Part shown: piece after piece, positions 35,162 through 42,380 of the stretch
Layout: each line of letters begins with the position of its first letter
How positions within the stretch are numbered: the first letter of the stretch is position 1
Source of the DNA: a virus
DNA length: 42,380 bases
Reading direction: 5' to 3' (one strand)
IMG/VR virus record: IMGVR_UViG_3300044946_000428
Coordinates: 68,777-111,156 of that record
Position numbers and translations under genes: made by a program
Notes under the pieces: generated by a model
What the model was told of the DNA's origin: nothing
The model's input: the letters and a program-made list of their open reading frames with translations, nothing else
The model's database searches: none

Positions 35162-36826
35162 ATGTCGAAGTTCAACCGCCCGGCCGTGAAGCCGGCCGTG
35201 CACTCGCCGATCGCCTCGCAGCGCACTCCGTCCGGTCTCACGTTCGAGGGCGCGCCGGGCTATGCGCGGGACGCCAAGTCGGAGCTGTTCCTGCTCGCGG
35301 TGTCGAACATGGTGGGCGAGAAGACGTTCTACGAGTCCGCCGACGCCCGCGACACCCGCTTCGAGAACCTCGTGCGGCAGGTCGCGGTCGAGAACCCGAA
35401 CTGGTTCGGCCGGTTCGTGCCGTGGCTGCGTTCCGAGGCGAACATGCGTACCGCGTCCCTCGTGGCTGCCGCGGAAGGCGTGAAGGCGCGTCTGGAGGCG
35501 GGCTGGGAGCCCGTGACGGACCGGCTTGTGCCGCAAGTCTTGACGAACCGGCAGACGATCGATGCCGCATGCCAGCGCCCGGACGAGCCAGGCGAGCTGC
35601 TCGCCTACTGGACGTCGCGCTACGGCCGTGCGATCCCGAAGCCCGTGAAGCGCGGCGTCGCCGACGCCGCCGCGCGCCTGTACTCGGAGCGGTCGCTCCT
35701 GAAGTACGACACGGCGTCGAAGGGCTACCGGTTCGGTGACGTCATCGACCTCGTGCACCCGACCCCGGCCGACGAGAAGGCGCGCTGGCAGGGCGACCTG
35801 TTCAAGCACGCGCTCGACCGGCGTCACAACCGCGACAACCCGATCCCCGACGCCCTCGGCATGCTCCACCGGCACGCCCAGATCATGGCGATGCCGGTCG
35901 GCGAGCGGCGCGGCTACCTGAAGGCGCTCACGGGCTCCGGGACGGACGCGCCGGGCAACGTCCTGGCGGAGACTGGGATCACATGGGAGGCGCTCGCAGG
36001 CTGGCTCCAGGGCCCGATGGACGCCGGCGCGTGGGAGGCGGTCATCCCGGCGATGGGCTACATGGCGCTGCTGCGGAACCTCCGGAACTTCGACGAGGCC
36101 GGGGTGTCCGACAAGGTCGCCGCGACCGTGGCCGCGAAGCTCGCCGACCCGGCGGAGGTGGCGCGCTCGCGGCAGTTCCCGTTCCGGTACCTCTCGGCGT
36201 ACCGGGCGGCCCCGTCGCTGCGCTGGTCCTACCCGCTGGAGCAGGCGCTCGGCCATTCGCTCGCGAACATCCCGCAGCTGCCCGGCCGGACCCTGATCCT
36301 CGTGGACACCTCCACGAGCATGCACGCGGGCTTCTCCAAGGACGGCACGCTCATGCGGTGGGACGCGGCGGCGCTGTTCGGGATCGCGCTCGGCCAGCGG
36401 TGCGCGTCGGCGGACGTGGTGTCGTTCTCCTCGGCGCAGTACTACTACCACGACGCTCCGGGCGCGAAGACGAAGGCGTACCCGCTGCGGGCCGGGGAGT
36501 CGCTCCTGAAGTCGCTGGAGCGGTGGACCGGAGACGGCTACTTCCTCGGCGGCGGCACGGACACGGCGGGCGCACTGCGGCAGGAGTTCAAGGGCCATGA
36601 CCGGGTCGTCATCGTCACCGACGAGCAGGCGGCGCAGGACGGCACTGAGGTGACGCGGTGTATCCCGGAGTCGGTGCCGATGTACACCTGGAACCTCGCG
36701 GGGTACCAGTATGGGCACGCGCCGTCGGGTGGCCGGAATCGCCATGCGTTCGGTGGGCTGACGGATCAGGCTTTCCGCATGGTGCCTCTGCTCGAGTCCG
36801 GCAAGGACGGTACCTGGCCGTTCTAG
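35162..36826 (+). CDS. TROVE-domain Ro60-related RNA-binding protein (Rsr)
   Basis: T.EG..GY.RDAKSELFLLAV, LR.EANMRT, QRPDEPGELLAY, TWEAL, MGYMALLRNLRN, SRQFPFR; vWA MIDAS motif DTSTSM; GGTD; IVTDEQ. Confidence 0.95.
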   Translation: MSKFNRPAVKPAVHSPIASQRTPSGLTFEGAPGYARDAKSELFLLAVSNMVGEKTFYESADARDTRFENLVRQVAVENPNWFGRFVPWLRSEANMRTASLVAAAEGVKARLEAGWEPVTDRLVPQVLTNRQTIDAACQRPDEPGELLAYWTSRYGRAIPKPVKRGVADAAARLYSERSLLKYDTASKGYRFGDVIDLVHPTPADEKARWQGDLFKHALDRRHNRDNPIPDALGMLHRHAQIMAMPVGERRGYLKALTGSGTDAPGNVLAETGITWEALAGWLQGPMDAGAWEAVIPAMGYMALLRNLRNFDEAGVSDKVAATVAAKLADPAEVARSRQFPFRYLSAYRAAPSLRWSYPLEQALGHSLANIPQLPGRTLILVDTSTSMHAGFSKDGTLMRWDAAALFGIALGQRCASADVVSFSSAQYYYHDAPGAKTKAYPLRAGESLLKSLERWTGDGYFLGGGTDTAGALRQEFKGHDRVVIVTDEQAAQDGTEVTRCIPESVPMYTWNLAGYQYGHAPSGGRNRHAFGGLTDQAFRMVPLLESGKDGTWPF

Positions 36827-36837
36827 GCCTCGCGCAC

Positions 36838-36873
36838 ACGGCCCCGCCAGCTTGGCGGGGCCGTTCTTCTTTG
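36838..36873 (+). terminator. Intrinsic terminator after TROVE
   Basis: ACGGCCCCGCCA-GCT-TGGCGGGGCCGT followed by TCTTCTTT; lies between convergent genes. Confidence 0.85.
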
Positions 36874-36896
36874 CGTGCTTTCCCGGCCTTCGACGC

Positions 36897-37325
36897 CTAC
36901 GACTCGCGTTCGGGCGTGTCGAGGAGCTCGCGGATCCGGGCGACCTTCTGGGCGGCGGTCATCTGCTCGGTCTGGCCTTCCAGCAGACCCTTGAGCGCTG
37001 CGGCGACGTCGTTCTTGTCGGGGTTGAGTACGGCGTCGATGACTCGGGTGAGGCTGCTGGTCGCGTTCTTGCGGTCGTAGACCCACACCTTCTGCCATTG
37101 GCGCGGTTCGGTGTTGGTGGCGGGGTCGAGGCGGTCGGCGGGGAAGAAGCCGAGCTTCTGCTTCTCGAGGTCACCCTTGATCTCTTCGAGCACCCAGCGG
37201 CCGAGTTTGGCGTAGCCGAGTTCGGTTCGGAGGTTGCCGAGGTCGACTTCGAGTAGGCCGCCGGCTTCGCGGCATTTTTCTGCGGTTGTCTTGGGCTTGG
37301 CGGGGGTGCTGCCGATGAGGGGCAT
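36897..37325 (-). CDS. Hypothetical protein
   Basis: GGAG RBS; minus-strand GC3 bias; 142 aa. Confidence 0.75.
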   Translation of the reverse strand: MPLIGSTPAKPKTTAEKCREAGGLLEVDLGNLRTELGYAKLGRWVLEEIKGDLEKQKLGFFPADRLDPATNTEPRQWQKVWVYDRKNATSSLTRVIDAVLNPDKNDVAAALKGLLEGQTEQMTAAQKVARIRELLDTPERES

Positions 37326-37439
37326 GGGCTGACTCCGGATCTGTTGGGCCGTCAGATATCAAGATGTTAGATCCGGGTTGCATAAGTTGTCCATGCCGAT
37401 CTCGATAGATCTACCGGGGGCGCACGGGACACTGGCACC

Positions 37440-37850
37440 ATGACTGATCTGCCGCTCGTCTACGTCGTCTGCCAGGCCGAGTACGAGGCCAACGGCCCCG
37501 TCGCCGTGTTCACCACGCCCGAGTTCGCCGAGCAGCATGCCGCAAACCTGCGCGGCGGCTTCAGCGACTACCTCGTGGACGCGATGCCGCTGCTCGACCA
37601 CGTGCCGGCTCGGGCGGAACTGCATCTGCGACAAGGTCTTCTGCGCCGTGACGGCACCGTCGAGGCCGAGCAGTCGTGGACCGTCGAGCAGTGGGACTAC
37701 GACCTGCCTACCGAGCCTGTGGTGACGCTCCATGCGGGCCGGGACGACGCGACCCGCATCCACGTCGCTGCGGCGTCCCCGGAGGCTGCCGTGGCGGCGT
37801 TCTGGGGCGCGGTGGAGTCGCTGCAGGCGCTGGGCGTCTCGGCCGGCTGA
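37440..37850 (+). CDS. Hypothetical protein
   Basis: GC3 bias; VYVV...PVAVFTT.E.AE pattern. Confidence 0.7.
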   Translation: MTDLPLVYVVCQAEYEANGPVAVFTTPEFAEQHAANLRGGFSDYLVDAMPLLDHVPARAELHLRQGLLRRDGTVEAEQSWTVEQWDYDLPTEPVVTLHAGRDDATRIHVAAASPEAAVAAFWGAVESLQALGVSAG

Positions 37851-37851
37851 C

Positions 37852-37893
37852 GAGGAAGGCCCCTCCCGGTTCTACCGCGGGCGGGGTCTCCTC
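37852..37893. terminator. Hairpin between convergent transcripts
   Basis: GAGGAAGGCCCCTCCCG...CGGGCGGGGTCTCCTC imperfect inverted repeat right after the stop codon. Confidence 0.55.
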
Positions 37894-37959
37894 GCGCCTC
37901 GGGTGCATGCGATCCCGACACTTCCGGTTAATAGCGCCCGCAACCGGCGGAACTAGGCG

Positions 37960-38047
37960 TAGACCCGGCGGGACTCGAACCCGCGACCTGCCACTCAATC
38001 ACGGGAGCTACTCGTGGCGGCCGCTCTGCCTGCTGAGCTACGGACCC
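37960..38047 (-). ncRNA. tRNA-like RNA with expanded 22-nt anticodon loop
   Basis: GGGTCCG-TA-GCTC AGCAGGCA GAGC-G-GCCGC[22 nt]GTGGC-AGGTC-GCGGG TTCGAGT CCCGC-CGGGTCT-A; no encoded CCA. Confidence 0.8.
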
Positions 38048-38054
38048 ACCGACG

Positions 38055-38175
38055 CGGCGACTGGGAAGGGATTCGAACCCTCGTTGCTCCGACGGGGGCC
38101 TTTGCCCGGTTGCCCGGGTCGGGGACACGATCCCCGCCGCTCGGAGTCGCCTAGGCCGCTAGCTGACCGGCCGCC
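38055..38175 (-). ncRNA. tRNA-like RNA with anticodon arm replaced by a branched domain
   Basis: GGCGGCCGG/CCAGTCGCC acceptor-like stem; CTAGCGGCCTAGG D-like arm; CTCCGA...TCGGAG encloses two hairpins; T arm GAGGG-TTCGAAT-CCCTT. Confidence 0.72.
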
Positions 38176-38193
38176 TGACGCGTCGTTACGAGT

Positions 38194-38682
38194 CTAGCGA
38201 GCCATCATGCGCGCCGCTCCGAGTGCGTCTCCGATCAGGCGCCTGATGGCCTCAGCGCGCTTCACGCCGTTGGCCGCCGCCCACTCGTCAACCTCCGGCA
38301 GTAGGGCGCCGAGCCGGACCTTCACCTCGCCGCCGATCTCGGGACGCCCGGGGCCGACCTCATCGGGCATCTCGCCGAAGTATTCGGCGTACTCCTTGTC
38401 GTAGTGGTTAGTGGCGAGCCAATTCTTGACCTGGTCGTCCGACAGGAAGTAGTAGGAGTCCTCACCGAACTCGCTTGCCCGGACGTAGGTGAACTCATTG
38501 AGGACCCAGCGGCCGTTCGCGGTGCGCATGAGGTTCTGGTGCGGTCCGTAGTCTCGGGTATGGGCGTTCTCGCTGTCGCAGCAGGATGGGTTGGAGAGGT
38601 ACACGGTGGTCTTGTCGTCGTCGAACCAGCCGATGAGCTTCTGGTGGCCGTTGTCGCTGGCGTAGACGTTGATCCGGGGCAT
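38194..38682 (-). CDS. Protein with C-terminal ribbon-helix-helix domain
   Basis: GGAGG RBS; GPGRPEIGGEVKVRLG.LL.EVDEWAAANGVKRAEAIRRLI. Confidence 0.8.
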   Translation of the reverse strand: MPRINVYASDNGHQKLIGWFDDDKTTVYLSNPSCCDSENAHTRDYGPHQNLMRTANGRWVLNEFTYVRASEFGEDSYYFLSDDQVKNWLATNHYDKEYAEYFGEMPDEVGPGRPEIGGEVKVRLGALLPEVDEWAAANGVKRAEAIRRLIGDALGAARMMAR

Positions 38683-38710
38683 GGGGGCCTCCAAGTAGAC
38701 TGGAATATCC

Positions 38711-38762
38711 GACCCCGTTAATGTAGAACTGACGGGCGGTCAGCGTCAACAAGCGACCCCGT
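38711..38762 (-). promoter_or_regulatory. Sigma70-type promoter with repeats
   Basis: Minus strand: TTGACG (38749-38744), 18 nt, TACATT (38725-38720). GACCCCGT direct repeats at 38711 and 38755; CTGAC-N5-GTCAG palindrome in the spacer. Confidence 0.75.
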
Positions 38763-39080
38763 AAATCTGAGCGGACATGGCCCCGGCGGCTCCTGCAATC
38801 GGGGCCGTTCCGCGTCTACGCGTCAGCGGCCTGTATCCTTCCCGTTAGAGCTTCGGCTCGACGGACTCCCACCACACACAGGAGGCCGGGTTCTGGATGG
38901 GAGGCGGCACCGGGACGGCTTGACTGTCCCGCTCGACCGCCGGGGTTTCGCGCACGCATCGACCTGAACGCGCGGCCAGGACCGGCCAGCAGCGGCCCCG
39001 GACTTCGGCTCGGGGCCGCTTGCTTTGCCGCGTACAAGCCGCCTACGCCCCGTCCACGGCGTCCAGCGGGGCCGTCAGTC

Positions 39081-39419
39081 CTACTTCCAGCGACCCGCCC
39101 CGTCGGGCCGGATCGTGGCGTCGTCGATCTCGTCCAGGCTCAGTGCCTTGTAATGCAGCTTTGACCGGTCGAGGTGCAGTCGGTTCCATTCCAACTGGGC
39201 AGCCCATTCCCGCTCGGGCCAGCTGGCAGCGCCCTCGATCCGGATGTCGTAGCAGAACCCGTCGGCGTGGAAGTAGGTCAGGCGCCCGGCCATGCAGTGA
39301 CTCTCGGGTAGAACCTCGGTTACACCCCAGTGTTTGATCCGCCACCCGTCCGGCCAGTGGAACGGTTCGGGGCGTGGCGCGGCATCCCGTTCGTGACGTG
39401 CGATCGTGTGCCAGTGCAT
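39081..39419 (-). CDS. Hypothetical protein
   Basis: Start overlaps the upstream stop; Trp-rich globular sequence. Confidence 0.65.
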   Translation of the reverse strand: MHWHTIARHERDAAPRPEPFHWPDGWRIKHWGVTEVLPESHCMAGRLTYFHADGFCYDIRIEGAASWPEREWAAQLEWNRLHLDRSKLHYKALSLDEIDDATIRPDGAGRWK

Positions 39420-39901
39420 CAGGCGCCCTCGACCTTCCACCCGGGTTGGTAATCAGGGTGCGTGGCGTCCAGCGCGGCGAGACGGCGCTGCACGGCCTCA
39501 AGCGCCATCTCGGCAGCCGCGCGCGTGTGGTCGTCGGACGACCAGTAGCGCACGTTGCCCTCAAGGTCGGCAAGGATCGCCCGCTTCGCCGCGACCTCGG
39601 CGAGCACGCGCGCCGGGTCGTGGCGAGCGATGTGCTTCGACACCGCAACGGCGTGACCAGCGCGACCCGTCTCGCAGACCGTCCAACCCGTAAGCGTGTC
39701 CTGCACCTCGGCGCCTACGAGTCGGAACGGCCGCTGGTCGGTGTCGTAGCGCCCTGCCCGGTGGTCGTACGCCGTCCACTGGCCATCGTCGGGGTCGCCG
39801 GGGAAAGCGTCGCCGTCGGGGTCTTTCTTCGCTTCGATCGCGTCGGCTTCATCCTCGGCGTAGCGAGCCGCCAAAAACTCGGCGATGTCCATGTCACCCA
39901 T
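39419..39901 (-). CDS. DUF6221-like phage protein
   Basis: EFLAARYAEDE...HIARHDPARVLAEVAAKRAIL...LA...HPDYQPGW. Confidence 0.8.
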   Translation of the reverse strand: MGDMDIAEFLAARYAEDEADAIEAKKDPDGDAFPGDPDDGQWTAYDHRAGRYDTDQRPFRLVGAEVQDTLTGWTVCETGRAGHAVAVSKHIARHDPARVLAEVAAKRAILADLEGNVRYWSSDDHTRAAAEMALEAVQRRLAALDATHPDYQPGWKVEGA

Positions 39902-39945
39902 TATCGCGGGCCCTTCTTGTCGCTGCGCCTTTGATTGTCGCCCCT

Positions 39946-40947
39946 CTACGCACCTTCTGCGGCGTCGAGCGGGTCCGTCAGGCACTCGTGCCACACGCCG
40001 CTCCGCGAAGTACACATGAACGCCTGCACGTACATCATGCGCGCTTTCGCGGGCGTCTCCGGTTCGTAGTAGTCAATGTCCTCGCCGTCTACCGTGCGGC
40101 CTGGCGGCTCGCCGTGGGTCTTGCGCATCTCGTTGTGTGCCCACTTCCAGACGCCCCAGCGCGGTCCGGCGAGTTTGTCGAGCACGGCTTGAACCTCATC
40201 GACGGAGAGGCGAGGGATCAGCGAGATGTACCCGTCCCGTTCGGCGCGGGTTTCTTCGGAGACGGTCGATGCCTTGCGCCGCTTCGGCATGCGATCGGTT
40301 CGGGGAGTCTCCGCCGACTCGGTGGATCCTTCATCGGTCGGCGCGTCAGCGACGATCCTTGGGCGGCCCCGCCCCGGGGCCGCGCGGAGCGCGGCAGACG
40401 AAGTGTCCTTATTACTGGATAGATGGCTGGTTGGTTGGATTCCTGAATCCAGGCTGGCAACTTCGGGAATCCACTCGACCTCTTCCGGCTCGACCTTGGT
40501 CGGCTCCGGCTCGACTGCCCACTCCGGCGGCGCTGTGGCGACCTTCGGCGGCTTCGAGGGTACGAACGTGTCCGGGATTGTCAGTTGGTAGACGTCCGCG
40601 TAGATCCGGTTTGGCCCGTTGGCGTAGTCGCTCGTCTTGCGCAGCCACCCGGCGGTCTCCAGCAGGATGAGGTTGTTCCGCACGGTCTTCTCGTCGAGGT
40701 GGAGGTTCGCGGCGAGTAGCGTCAGGCCCGGGAAGTTGCGGTCGCCGAGCCGGTTGCCGTAGGTCGAGAGTACGAACCCGAGGGCTTTCGCTGCGAGCGG
40801 CAGGTTGGCTTCGCGGAACGCGTCGTACCACTCGAACCGGCTGGCGTCGCGGCCCTTCGCCTCGGCGAGGTCGTAGACCTTCTTCGCTCGCGGCTTGCGA
40901 GTTGCTGGATCGAAGGGACGCTTGTGGGTCTGAACTGCTACCGTCAT
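39946..40947 (-). CDS. Winged-HTH protein resembling replication initiators
   Basis: AAAGGAG RBS; AKALGFVLSTYGN...FPGLTLLAANLHLDEKTVRNNL..LE.AGWL...VYQLTIP. Confidence 0.75.
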   Translation of the reverse strand: MTVAVQTHKRPFDPATRKPRAKKVYDLAEAKGRDASRFEWYDAFREANLPLAAKALGFVLSTYGNRLGDRNFPGLTLLAANLHLDEKTVRNNLILLETAGWLRKTSDYANGPNRIYADVYQLTIPDTFVPSKPPKVATAPPEWAVEPEPTKVEPEEVEWIPEVASLDSGIQPTSHLSSNKDTSSAALRAAPGRGRPRIVADAPTDEGSTESAETPRTDRMPKRRKASTVSEETRAERDGYISLIPRLSVDEVQAVLDKLAGPRWGVWKWAHNEMRKTHGEPPGRTVDGEDIDYYEPETPAKARMMYVQAFMCTSRSGVWHECLTDPLDAAEGA

Positions 40948-41138
40948 AGGTAGGTTCGCTCCTTTGTCAGGGGAGTTAGGTTGGCGAGCTGAGCACTCGC
41001 TGATCGCAGTTCGGGGCCGAGTCCTTCGCGGACTCGGCCTCGAACGCTTATGTCAATGATCCCATCCCATCGCGACATCCGGGCCACTTCAAGGCATCTG
41101 ACGACACATCCGCCAAGGCACCCGAATGCGGGACACTG

Positions 41139-41645
41139 GTGGACATGACGATCCCGCCGCCTCCTGCGGACTTCCTGAACATCACCGCCCGGCCGCTCGC
41201 GGTGCTGCGAAGTTCCGGTCCACTCCAGGTCCCGCCGAACACGTGGACGCCGATCCCGTGGACCACGGCGCCCGTGGATACCCACGGCGGGTTCGAGCCG
41301 GCTGAACCGACGGCATGGCGCGCGCCGATGACTGGCCTGTATCAGGGCGGCGTCACGGTCGAGTTCGCGTACCGCTATCGGTTTGCGGGATGGTTCGCGA
41401 TACTCGTGGACGGCGTGCCTACCGCCGAATTCGTGTCGTTGCAGCAGGGATGGCACGAGGACGACGAGTTCGACGACGAGAAGCCGCCGCCGCTGATCCA
41501 TGCGACCGCGCCCTACGCGGCCGCTTTCGGGGCCAAGGCGGGGCAGCGGGTGGAGTTGGCGGTTCGCCACATGGCACCGGACACCTTGACCTTCACGGGC
41601 GTCAACGGCGGTCCGGTCGAGGGTTCGATCCAGTGGCTCAAGTGA
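41139..41645 (+). CDS. Hypothetical beta-sandwich (C1q/TNF-like) protein
   Basis: QVPPNTWTPIPW....DTHGGF....TAWRAPMTGLY...V.F...AGQRVELAVRH pattern. Confidence 0.55.
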   Translation: MDMTIPPPPADFLNITARPLAVLRSSGPLQVPPNTWTPIPWTTAPVDTHGGFEPAEPTAWRAPMTGLYQGGVTVEFAYRYRFAGWFAILVDGVPTAEFVSLQQGWHEDDEFDDEKPPPLIHATAPYAAAFGAKAGQRVELAVRHMAPDTLTFTGVNGGPVEGSIQWLK

Positions 41646-41803
41646 CCAGCCACCACGAACCCGAACTGTTCCGTTCCCGCCGCTTCGGCTGCTGGGCGAC
41701 GTGCACCTGCGGGCGATGGAAGTCACGGGTGTGGACGAGCGTGGGCGGGGCGCACCTGGAGTACGGCGGGCACCTCCTGGACGAGAACGGCGGGAAGCGA
41801 TGA
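41642..41803 (+). CDS. Small Cys/His protein
   Basis: GTGA overlap; H...ATCTCGRW...H. Confidence 0.5.
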   Translation: MTSHHEPELFRSRRFGCWATCTCGRWKSRVWTSVGGAHLEYGGHLLDENGGKR

Positions 41804-42132
41804 AACGCAGCACCCTGACCATGGGCGACGCGGTCGCCCGCAAGTCCATCCTCCAGGTCGACACGGGCGCGAACGCGGAACTGGTGAAAGTCAAGGCTTG
41901 TGCCGGGGCCGGCCCGTACACGGTGACGGTGCGACGGGTCACATGGCTGGACCGGGCGTGGATGCGGCTCCTGGCGTACGTGCGGCGGCCGTGGCGGGCT
42001 GTCCGGCACTGGAGGCTCACGCGGTGCGATGCGCGCTTGTGCTGGCGTCAGGAGCGGTTCGTGGACGCCGACTGGAACGGGTACTGCGGGCGGCACAAGC
42101 CCGACGGGGCGCAGGAGTTGCCGTCCCGATGA
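41800..42132 (+). CDS. Hypothetical protein
   Basis: ATGA overlaps at both ends. Confidence 0.5.
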   Translation: MKRSTLTMGDAVARKSILQVDTGANAELVKVKACAGAGPYTVTVRRVTWLDRAWMRLLAYVRRPWRAVRHWRLTRCDARLCWRQERFVDADWNGYCGRHKPDGAQELPSR

Positions 42133-42380
42133 ACCCAGATGAGACCTTGATGAGCGTTCCTGATGAACCGGCCGACTTCCTGAAGGTGCCGACGGCTGAC
42201 GGCGGCAGTCGGACGCTGCTCACGCGGCTGACCGACGGCCGGGTGATGTGCTGTATCTGCTTCGAGCGGTTCCGGATGGACGAGTTGAACCCGGTCGGCG
42301 ACGGCAAGGTCGAGGACGTGTGCAAGCAGTGCGCGGCGGACGAGATGGAGATCGCGGCGCGGCGCCTGGGCGACTGTTGA
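42129..42380 (+). CDS. Small zinc-finger protein
   Basis: AGGAG RBS; CCIC...DVCKQC. Confidence 0.6.
   Translation: MNPDETLMSVPDEPADFLKVPTADGGSRTLLTRLTDGRVMCCICFERFRMDELNPVGDGKVEDVCKQCAADEMEIAARRLGDC

Larger units (their letters stand above)
1..42380. mobile_element. Actinobacterial phage/prophage early region (regulation, recombination, replication, accessory genes)
   Basis: Dense ATGA/GTGA-overlapping small genes; YqaJ+ERF, VRR-NUC, HNHs, initiator+loader+DnaB and SSB; high GC; no housekeeping operons. No integrase or att site is visible, so phage and prophage cannot be told apart. Confidence 0.93.

Noticed and set aside
34898-36745. Long antisense ORFs (also 7805-9424, 20471-22048, 3781-5301, 9336-10916 and 25023-26495)
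   Set aside because: Shadow frames of high-GC genes on the opposite strand, Arg/Pro/Ala-rich with no motifs.
37326-37439. Operator array in a divergent intergenic region (several GATC/AGAT motifs)
   Set aside because: AT-richer and probably contains promoters, but no convincing repeat consensus could be defined.
37960-38047. Functional decoding tRNA or attachment site
   Set aside because: No 7-nt anticodon loop and no CCA; no integrase or duplicated 3' end is visible in the window.
38816-39037. 73-aa minus-strand ORF
   Set aside because: No RBS or recognisable composition; too weak to call.

Overview
A high-GC actinobacterial phage or prophage early region, with no structural genes clearly visible. 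A promoter with two palindromic operators at the left edge heads a long, tightly coupled + strand gene train. It includes Cro-like and Xis-like HTH genes, YqaJ exonuclease plus ERF annealase, ASCH, VRR-NUC, a C5 DNA methyltransferase, several HNH nucleases, a replication module (initiator with internal iterons, DnaC/IstB-like loader, DnaB), three LuxR-HTH genes, SSB and many small hypothetical genes. Main candidate for a new system (12107-14169): a solo Cas7/RAMP-like gene directly preceded by a ~750-nt non-CRISPR array. The array has 17 CGACT(AC) cores separated by runs of pentamers (N-C-N-N-mostly C), with core spacing quantised at about 5n+3, and an unknown partner gene lies upstream. Other notable modules: a Ro60/TROVE gene behind four tandem Y RNA-like genes, two of which are complete circularly permuted tRNA folds with anticodon-like loops; two tandem tRNA-like RNAs whose anticodon arms are replaced by inserts; a YhhQ/VUT transporter paired with a TGT/DpdA-like gene; and an HNH gene that duplicates the 3' end of its neighbouring lipoprotein gene. 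All family calls come from motif recognition by eye, not from database searches.
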